Source of the DNA: a virus
Taxonomy: Duplodnaviria > Caudoviricetes
DNA: 64,000 bases
Virus record (IMG/VR): IMGVR_UViG_3300031953_000001
Strand: one strand, 5' to 3'
Shown here piece after piece: positions 57,247 through 64,000 of the stretch; within the stretch, counting starts at the first letter, position 1, and every line of letters begins with the position of its first letter. The notes under the pieces are model-generated. The model was given only the letters and a program-made list of their open reading frames with translations, was not told the DNA's origin and ran no database searches. Both the position numbers and the translations under genes were made by a program.

Positions 57247-57570
57247 ATGACTTCGTCTAGAGACAAAAACCATAAAGCCAAGAACAGAACCGTTTCCATG
57301 TCCGACCACACCCACGATTATTTATCCGCGATTGGCAGCGGCAATGTCAGTGCCGGTATACGGATTTTGATAGAACAAATACGACACGCAACAAAGTATT
57401 TTGAACAGGCTCCAGTCGATGAGATCGCCGATGTGGAGACGATGCGTGAAATACTAGAACCGTTCAAATACCTTCCAAGTGAAGATATGGTCGCAACGTT
57501 AACCGAAAAACGCATTGCTATGGAAGAAGCAATGACTAAGATAAAACGTAGATACAATGAACCGATTTAA
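57247..57570 (+). CDS. Ribbon-helix-helix-like protein (paralog of the upstream gene)
   Basis: RTVSMSDHTHDYLSAIGSGNVSAGIRILI matches the repeat unit of 56882..57229. Confidence 0.65.
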   Translation: MTSSRDKNHKAKNRTVSMSDHTHDYLSAIGSGNVSAGIRILIEQIRHATKYFEQAPVDEIADVETMREILEPFKYLPSEDMVATLTEKRIAMEEAMTKIKRRYNEPI

Positions 57571-57594
57571 GTAGAGCTACAAACTTTGCTCCTA

Positions 57595-57620
57595 AGGGGA
57601 CCTTCGGGTCCTTCTTTTTT
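57595..57620 (+). terminator. Intrinsic terminator
   Basis: AGGGGACC-ttcg-GGTCCTTCT followed by TTTTT. Confidence 0.8.
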
Positions 57621-57653
57621 GACCCAAGTCCAATAAAAAATAGGAGACTCCCC

Positions 57654-58253
57654 ATGACATCCATCCTCAGATCGAAACCCTCGACAATGTTTGTCAGCAT
57701 CGTTGGTGGAGATTTAGTCGGTGAAATGACCCCTACAACTCAATCGCAAGACGCCGTGAATGCCCGTCGGACACTTAAGTATCGACACCATAAACGCTAT
57801 CTGTCCGACGACGACCGAAATAGTCTAAAAACGATATTAACACACCTGAACCGAAAGGATCTGATTCCCGGGTTTGCATCGACCGTAAAGTTTTCATACA
57901 GCCCATCGACCATGACCGCCAACCTGGTTGACTCAAACCGACCCACACAAACGATCGTCGTTGCTTGGCTTGAGAGACCAGCGTATTTCTATGCCCGAGG
58001 TCGTTATCTAGGGTACCCAGACTGTTGTCTGGACCATCATCGAGCTAACCACAAAACTGAGGGGATTGAACGCGCGCCCATCGGGATAGCCCGCTGTCCC
58101 AAACATACAGATCGATCGATCGAAAGCTACCTTGACTTAATGAACAGTAATCGACTGCATCCCGAACCACAATTGGTAAAAGCGGCCATCCCCGCGCCAA
58201 AAGACTTTTTCCTTCGATTAACCCAACTGCACCTAACCCAGAAAATCAAGTAA
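57654..58253 (+). CDS. Hypothetical protein with GRYLGYPDCC motif
   Basis: 199 aa; SD AGGAG; Cys/His cluster. Confidence 0.7.
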   Translation: MTSILRSKPSTMFVSIVGGDLVGEMTPTTQSQDAVNARRTLKYRHHKRYLSDDDRNSLKTILTHLNRKDLIPGFASTVKFSYSPSTMTANLVDSNRPTQTIVVAWLERPAYFYARGRYLGYPDCCLDHHRANHKTEGIERAPIGIARCPKHTDRSIESYLDLMNSNRLHPEPQLVKAAIPAPKDFFLRLTQLHLTQKIK

Positions 58254-58307
58254 CTGCATTGATGTTCATGAGTTTCTCCACCGCCAGCGTTTGCATCGCT
58301 GGCGTTT

Positions 58308-58335
58308 AGGGGCCCCTTCGGGGGCCCCTCTTTTT
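58308..58335 (+). terminator. Intrinsic terminator
   Basis: GGGGCCCC-ttcg-GGGGCCCC followed by TCTTTTT. Confidence 0.85.
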
Positions 58336-58364
58336 CCCTAAACGCTATTTAGTGAGGACTTATT

Positions 58365-59189
58365 GTGACAAAAACACAACCGACATTTCGCACAGCGTGG
58401 AGTGAATTAAACGATCTGGCCACTGGAGACATCGCGTTACAACGCGGCAATACCGTATTGATTGAAGGTTTGACTCACTCATACAAGTCTGGGATGCTGC
58501 TGGATCTGTACTTAGCTATATGTACCCTGAACGTCCCTGAAGACACTTCAAGTAAACCCACCGTCTTACTGATCAATGGGGAAACTTCGCCGTCATCGTG
58601 GTTGACTCGAATCTACGACATTTTAAAACTTGAAGAAACCGGTGGGCAGGTTCCTATCGCCGGCACGCCTGTGGTTGAAATGATCGGCTACGTCAATAAA
58701 AAGCTGCAGGCTAATGGGTGGAATGCAGCTATTATAACAATTCCGGTGGCCAAGTGGTCGGCTCAGGACTTCTGCGAACATCTGGACGAGTACGCCGCCT
58801 CTGGTCACGACCTCCAAGTCGTACTCTTCGATAGCATGGAGTCTCTCTCGTATGAGACGTTTGAAGATTCAGATCGTCTAGATGCCCTCAAAACCCTACA
58901 GGCATACATGGCCTCTCGGAATATTCTGTTTGTAGCAACCCGACAACTACCCTTGGCGGCCATGCAGGCAAGACGCTCGGGGGTTGTGGGTGAAGACCTT
59001 TTGGACGAAGTGTTCGACATGACCCGTCGTAACGGCGGTATGATTGTGGACGCTGAATTGATGGTAGACGTTACTCGAGGAGACGAGAAATACGATCTCC
59101 TTATCGGGTACGGCAGTCACCGACATAACGTGAAACCAGCGTATAAACGACTGCCCTTTTACGATGGGACCATGTGCATTAAGAAGTAA
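58365..59189 (+). CDS. Truncated DnaB-like (RecA-fold) protein, paralog B
   Basis: LQRGNTVLIEGLTHSYKSG, VVLFDS and FVATRQL; colinear with 54582..55421; SD GAGGA with GTG start. Confidence 0.7.
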   Translation: MTKTQPTFRTAWSELNDLATGDIALQRGNTVLIEGLTHSYKSGMLLDLYLAICTLNVPEDTSSKPTVLLINGETSPSSWLTRIYDILKLEETGGQVPIAGTPVVEMIGYVNKKLQANGWNAAIITIPVAKWSAQDFCEHLDEYAASGHDLQVVLFDSMESLSYETFEDSDRLDALKTLQAYMASRNILFVATRQLPLAAMQARRSGVVGEDLLDEVFDMTRRNGGMIVDAELMVDVTRGDEKYDLLIGYGSHRHNVKPAYKRLPFYDGTMCIKK

Positions 59190-59209
59190 CCGCTTCTATC
59201 GAATCGGCA

Positions 59210-59244
59210 TAAAGGGCCCCCACGAAGGAGGCCCTTTATTTTTT
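59210..59244 (+). terminator. Intrinsic terminator
   Basis: TAAAGGGCC...GGCCCTTTA followed by TTTTTT. Confidence 0.75.
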
Positions 59245-59287
59245 GTCTTAGATGATGGGGAGACATTCGTAAATCATCTCCGAGACG

Positions 59288-60349
59288 TTAGAAGTTGGGT
59301 CTAAAGTTATTATTAAAGACAGCGCCTTCACCGCCAGAAAAGAATCCAGTGTCGGTAACGTTAGCGACGTTCCACATGGAGATGTCTTGGTTAAACGCCA
59401 AAGCCTTGTAAATCATGCCGTACATGCTAGTAACGCTTGAAGTGTCCCACAGATTTAACGCCTGGTTAAATGACTCTGAGCGCTCAAATGCCCCAGACAA
59501 CGTGGTTACACTGGAGACATTCCAATTATTCAGCGGTTGGTTGAAGTTAAGAGTATTTCTGAACACAAAGGTCATGTTCGTCACGTTACCGACGTCCCAG
59601 TCACCGAGCGGCTGATTGAAAGCCCCGGCGCCGTGGAACGTAGCGTACAACATAATCACGTTCGATACATCCCAATGTCCAATGGGACTGTTAAAATCAG
59701 TAGTAAACTCGAACGTACTGTCCATCCTCGCCCCAGGAAGGAAGATTGGGCCGTCGGTGGCACTGATGGTGAAGCCGGTCCGCCGCGCGAACATCCGCAT
59801 CATGCCTGCAAATTCAACCGCTCCCCATTGGAGCACATCCTTCAGTTGTTTACGGCTCTCAACTAAGGGGGTAGTGAAATTGCTCACGGTACCCCTCACC
59901 TCCACCGTATACTGCCCGGGTGACACGTAGTTGTGAGAAGCCGCCCCCGTATACGACTGGATGCTGCTGCCGTCTCCCCAATCGATGGTGATATCGCTAC
60001 CAACAGCAAACGACAGAATGACGTTGGTGGCCCCGGGTGTGGTGCCTTCCGTGTCCATCAACAATTTCATGGCGTCGCCTAAGTGCTGGCCCGTGGTCAT
60101 GATGTTACGTACATCGAGGCGCACCAAATCGGTTTGCACCCCAGGGTTGCTGAAGAAGTCGGCCTCTGGAATGTTCGGGTTATTTGCCTTAGTGGTACCC
60201 ATTTGTTTGGCTAGGTCGTATCCGGCCTGTTGGGCATCTTCTTTAGCAGCGGATATGGCAGTGGGGTCTCCCCCCTGTAGTGTGGTCTTGTATGTCCCGA
60301 TCTTCTGATTCAAAACGACCAGCTTGTTCTGCACGTCAACTAATGACAT
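59288..60349 (-). CDS. BspA-like/DUF285 repeat protein with PKD-like domain (paralog 2)
   Basis: About five FNQPLxxWxVSxVT repeats; shares LLxDTEG...TNVILSFAxGSDxTIDWGDG...ASHNYxxPGQYTVEV with 21203..22414. Confidence 0.85.
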   Translation of the reverse strand: MSLVDVQNKLVVLNQKIGTYKTTLQGGDPTAISAAKEDAQQAGYDLAKQMGTTKANNPNIPEADFFSNPGVQTDLVRLDVRNIMTTGQHLGDAMKLLMDTEGTTPGATNVILSFAVGSDITIDWGDGSSIQSYTGAASHNYVSPGQYTVEVRGTVSNFTTPLVESRKQLKDVLQWGAVEFAGMMRMFARRTGFTISATDGPIFLPGARMDSTFEFTTDFNSPIGHWDVSNVIMLYATFHGAGAFNQPLGDWDVGNVTNMTFVFRNTLNFNQPLNNWNVSSVTTLSGAFERSESFNQALNLWDTSSVTSMYGMIYKALAFNQDISMWNVANVTDTGFFSGGEGAVFNNNFRPNF

Positions 60350-60377
60350 ATCCTGACCTCAAATTTCTATGAATGGA

Positions 60378-60407
60378 AATAAGAGGGACGACTCACGTCG
60401 TCCCTCT
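60378..60407 (-). terminator. Intrinsic terminator (minus strand)
   Basis: AGAGGGACGAC-tcac-GTCGTCCCTCT with an A-rich left flank. Confidence 0.75.
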
Positions 60408-60418
60408 CAATTGATCAC

Positions 60419-61150
60419 TTACTCGCCGTAGAACGATTGAAGCTTCTGTTGCTGATCGTTGTTTGTCACGAACCGCATCACCACAGTCATATCAACGTTC
60501 TTACTAACTGACTTAGGTGACTTGGAGTCAGCCGTAGCCAAGAACAGAGTGATCAACGTTTCCAGTTTCTGACGTTCGGTACGAGCCACACGGATCTGAG
60601 GGAAACCCCGGAACACGTAACGTTCGTTGAAGACACCATCACGGTGCTCACGAATAACGGCCGTTAAGAATTTCATGCCATCGCTGAACTTCTCATCCGG
60701 CAGTTGAAGAATGGCGTTGATAACGCTGCGCAGCTTCAATTGGTTCTTCTGCAGACTGTCGCCAGTTTGAGCCTTACCCGGTTTCATGGCGTCGATGTAC
60801 TGACCCAATTGATAGGCGAGAGACCCCATGCCTTCTGGGGCGACGTCTTGTACTGACTCGATAGCATCCTGTTCGACTTCGATGGTTTCTTCGCTACCGT
60901 CGCTGACGTCTTCTTTGGCCACATCAACGCCGACTTGTTCTTCCGATTCTTTGGCCGCGGTGTCTTGAGCAGAGACGTCGGCATTGGTGGACTCGGCAGT
61001 TCCTTCAATCGTCCCACCGTCTTCGGTAGTTTCGGGAACTGTGGGTTCTTCAGTTCCGGATTGGTTACTGGTCTGAACTGACATGGACGCTTCCTCGTCT
61101 GGGAGGTTGGTTTGGGTTTGGCCTTTAGTGGTGCCACGATTCTTAGCCAT
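60419..61150 (-). CDS. Hypothetical protein (putative virion protein) with a long acidic N-terminal region
   Basis: MAKNRG start at 61150 with AGGAG SD; folded C-terminus containing FNERYVFRGF. Confidence 0.6.
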   Translation of the reverse strand: MAKNRGTTKGQTQTNLPDEEASMSVQTSNQSGTEEPTVPETTEDGGTIEGTAESTNADVSAQDTAAKESEEQVGVDVAKEDVSDGSEETIEVEQDAIESVQDVAPEGMGSLAYQLGQYIDAMKPGKAQTGDSLQKNQLKLRSVINAILQLPDEKFSDGMKFLTAVIREHRDGVFNERYVFRGFPQIRVARTERQKLETLITLFLATADSKSPKSVSKNVDMTVVMRFVTNNDQQQKLQSFYGE

Positions 61151-61230
61151 TGGAAATCTCCTGAAATGGATATTGTTTCGAAGAAGTAAGGGACGCACGT
61201 GTCCCTAAAGCATACTATTCAATAATTCCC

Positions 61231-62574
61231 TTATGTCAGGGACGTCTTGTAATCGTACTTCGCGGTCTTCAGTGCCTTGCCGTGCATGGACGACATGAAC
61301 ACCGACATGAAGGTAGACCCGATGTTGGACGCCGCCGTGGCCAGTCCTGTGGGGTGTTCCCCGTATCGCCCGCCGATACACGTAGCGCAGAAGTTGGCTC
61401 GTTCAGTAAGGCAGAACAACGGCGACCGCATGATCGATTCTTTACCGATGTACGCAGTAATGTTTTCATCCGACAGTTGTATGAGGTCTTTACCAGAGAA
61501 TATCCAGTTACCTAGATACTGTCCGGTATTGGCCTTGTCGATGGTGATTGGAATGCCCAACTTGGACTTACAGTCCTCCTCTTCCACCAGGGTGTTTTGC
61601 ATGACCCGTAGAATGAACTTAACAGCCTCACCACCCAGGGCGGTCGACGCACCTCGGTCGTAGGAACCTTCTCGCAGAGACGATGCCATTTCAGGCAACT
61701 TATCAACGTCCCAACCTTCCGCCAAGGCCCTCTGGATGAGTACGCCGTTCTGCCCGTCGCCAAAGGCCGTCTCATACCCGAACATCAAGTGGGCTTTCTT
61801 TCGCACCACGTCCAACGACTTACTCTTGATGTAGAAGCCCATGGAGCGATCGCCCGCCAACCACTCTCGATCCAACTTGCCCATTTCCTCTTCGATCTTT
61901 GCAATGATCGCAGGGTCGTGCAAACGGTCTTTGTATTGTTCGAGTAACTCTTCCCGGCGTTTGACTGTGTCTGGGTGTCGTGTCATGGACTTAGCGGTGG
62001 CTGAGGGTACGCACAACTGCGTGAGACCGTCGATCAGAGACGCCGAGCGGCGGTACTTAAAGTACTCATCCACGTAGATCTTATCGGCCTCTCGGTCTTG
62101 TCCCTCGGCCGGGGTATCAACCATCCGCTTATCGATGTGTTTCTCGACGTCCTTCACGCCAAACCGTCCTTCGATGTATGGGATCTTGTCGCCAAAGGGG
62201 TAAACGCACAACAGCCAATTGGCCAAGACGTTACCGTAGGTGGTTTCAACCTCCTTCTTTGTAAGGTTCCCCATATCCTCGGCCGTCAGAGTAATCGGGT
62301 CGTGAAACTCAAACGGCGGTTTTGGGTCCTTGACGTCGAACTCGTAGTCGCTCAACTCAATGGGATTCCCATACTCGTCGATAAACGTCACCACGGTGTT
62401 TTCTTTACTGTCCTCGGCGGAGTCGTTGCGATCGACGTACAGTATGTCCCAAGGCCGCATGTCAGCCAAGGCGTCTCGCCTAGGACGCATGACACTGAAC
62501 GCCGCGAACAGCCATCGCTTTTGAGCGAACCGCCCACTGTTCATCGCCTTGATGAAAAAGTCGCGTTTGTTCAT
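61231..62574 (-). CDS. Virion RNAP beta' subunit part (phiKZ gp80-like)
   Basis: EEDCKSKLG and Zn-site MRSPLFC...FCATCIG; SLREGSYDRGASTALGGE; 447 aa. Confidence 0.88.
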   Translation of the reverse strand: MNKRDFFIKAMNSGRFAQKRWLFAAFSVMRPRRDALADMRPWDILYVDRNDSAEDSKENTVVTFIDEYGNPIELSDYEFDVKDPKPPFEFHDPITLTAEDMGNLTKKEVETTYGNVLANWLLCVYPFGDKIPYIEGRFGVKDVEKHIDKRMVDTPAEGQDREADKIYVDEYFKYRRSASLIDGLTQLCVPSATAKSMTRHPDTVKRREELLEQYKDRLHDPAIIAKIEEEMGKLDREWLAGDRSMGFYIKSKSLDVVRKKAHLMFGYETAFGDGQNGVLIQRALAEGWDVDKLPEMASSLREGSYDRGASTALGGEAVKFILRVMQNTLVEEEDCKSKLGIPITIDKANTGQYLGNWIFSGKDLIQLSDENITAYIGKESIMRSPLFCLTERANFCATCIGGRYGEHPTGLATAASNIGSTFMSVFMSSMHGKALKTAKYDYKTSLT

Positions 62575-63446
62575 CCCGCCTTCCCTTCACTGAGATAACT
62601 GCGCAGGACCTGGAGGACCCGCTGCAATAAATGAATGTCTGCCACCCGGACCTCTAATCGATCACTGGCTTTCTGAACCGCGGTCATGGGCGACTCTCCA
62701 GACGCTAGAGCAGAGGCAAAGTATTCCTTTGCAATCGTCTCTGGGTTGGTCTCATCACCTAAGATAGTTTGGTTCAGATACGTGGCCAATGAGTATCCCA
62801 ACTGGGCGCCGTTGTGCACCATCCCAATGAACTTCTCTGGGTGATGTCGATTGACAAAGTCTTTTACAATGGCACGAGTCTGTTCGCCCACACCCGTTTC
62901 CCCGGGTAGGATGTCGTTGGATTGGTCGTCCACCATCTGAACTTCGTCTTCATCGCTCTCCAAATCCATCTCATCAACGAACTGACTGGCGTTGGCGATG
63001 ACCCTCTGAATCAACGAAGGGAGCACATAATCCAGTACTTGGACATACCGCTCGCTGTCGTCGTTATAGACCAGTGCCAAAATGTCCGACAAGGACTCTT
63101 CCGGTAGGTCGTCTTGATCGCAGATGTCCAGGATGGCCTGTTGGTCGGAGTAACCGATGATGTCGGTGAGTCCAGTGAAGATGGCAGTGATGGTGCCTAA
63201 ATTCCGTTCTTTAATACCGATACCGTATTCGCTGATCTGATCGATCATGGAATTCACGATCGCACCTTCGGCTTGGTCAATCAGATCCACCGTCTCCATC
63301 TCGTCGGCTTGTGAGATTAAGTTCTCCACCGCGATGTGATGAGTACGATGCCCCACACTGATCAATACATTATCGGCATGATGTAGGATGCCGCGCCTGG
63401 ATTCTGGCACTACAGTATCGATAAAATTCGCCAGTACATTACTCAT
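62571..63446 (-). CDS. Hypothetical protein (acidic)
   Basis: ATG at 63446 with GAGGG SD; overlaps the next start (ATGA). Confidence 0.65.
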   Translation of the reverse strand: MSNVLANFIDTVVPESRRGILHHADNVLISVGHRTHHIAVENLISQADEMETVDLIDQAEGAIVNSMIDQISEYGIGIKERNLGTITAIFTGLTDIIGYSDQQAILDICDQDDLPEESLSDILALVYNDDSERYVQVLDYVLPSLIQRVIANASQFVDEMDLESDEDEVQMVDDQSNDILPGETGVGEQTRAIVKDFVNRHHPEKFIGMVHNGAQLGYSLATYLNQTILGDETNPETIAKEYFASALASGESPMTAVQKASDRLEVRVADIHLLQRVLQVLRSYLSEGKAG

Positions 63447-63580
63447 GTTAACCCTCACTTGAAATCAAAGAGTACATGGACCCGTTAAAGTATTGAAAGG
63501 GCCTATGTGTCAACCATACCATCGGTTTCATCTGTCGGAACTAACCTATTATTTTTAACTCTGTTTAAAGGAGAGGCAAC

Positions 63581-64000
63581 GTGCCCAAGAGTCAACCCCC
63601 CCGTAAGAAATCGTCACCTGGTGTTCAGCGAAAGCCGACCAAGTCTGGGATCATGAACGATCTAAAACACATGGACACCGAATGTCAGAATATGTTGAAG
63701 GAGACAGCGCGCTTCTCACCGTACCTGACCAACCGTGAACTTGTCGCGGCTGGAGATTATGAGCAGATCAATAACAACGCCTCCATCCTTAGTAAAGACA
63801 TCATGCAACTCCGGAACGAACTCGACGACATCCGGAAACAGATACCCAAACAACTGAATCCCAACCACACCGACGACGTGATGAAAGGCCTTCAGTTGGG
63901 CGAGCAATACAGCAGCTGGCAGGAAAGTTACCAACGCGCCGTGTTGCCTACAATCGAGCGCTTGGCAGATTTGTTTACCAAGGCCAGCGCCAACCTTGCC
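63581..64000 (+). CDS. Hypothetical protein, 3'-truncated by the window (not in the ORF track)
   Basis: GTG at 63581 with AAAGGAGAGG SD; open for 140 codons (MPKSQPPRKK...KASANLA) to the window end. Confidence 0.7.
   Translation, partial: MPKSQPPRKKSSPGVQRKPTKSGIMNDLKHMDTECQNMLKETARFSPYLTNRELVAAGDYEQINNNASILSKDIMQLRNELDDIRKQIPKQLNPNHTDDVMKGLQLGEQYSSWQESYQRAVLPTIERLADLFTKASANLA

Noticed and set aside
1-64000. Stop-codon reassignment (alternative genetic code)
   Set aside because: Core genes are full length under the standard code and end in TAA, TAG or TGA.

Overview
This 64-kb window is part of a nucleus-forming, phiKZ-like (Chimalliviridae) jumbo phage genome. All family assignments come from recalled motifs and gene order, not database searches. 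The left part (1-19.3 kb) is a late morphogenesis block: prohead protease, tail tube and sheath, three structural genes, terminase large subunit and a gp32-like gene. A free-standing HNH endonuclease sits at the 5' end of the terminase gene, and a host-like SadB-type (YbaK-like + HDOD) gene follows it. The middle (23.5-54.5 kb) is the conserved nucleus/replication/transcription core: PhuZ tubulin, an array of small genes, family B DNA polymerase, chimallin, and the nvRNAP subunits. One beta' subunit is split inside its NADFDGD motif by a clear group I intron carrying an HNH gene. The core also holds an SbcD-like nuclease, ChmC, the gp68 sigma-like subunit, PicA and an SF2 helicase. The right part (54.5-64 kb) has individually terminated accessory genes (two truncated DnaB-like paralogs, RHH-like repeat proteins, a second BspA/DUF285 repeat protein) and a virion RNAP beta' subunit. 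The most unusual signals are an orphaned terminase start (MVVFKND*) with a recoded TTG start inside the HNH 3' end, two long strand-polarised structured intergenic RNA candidates (~19.55-19.92 kb and ~24.5-25.07 kb), the SadB-like gene, and a likely cryptic eight-member paralog family upstream of the DNA polymerase. No tRNA, rRNA or CRISPR array was seen.
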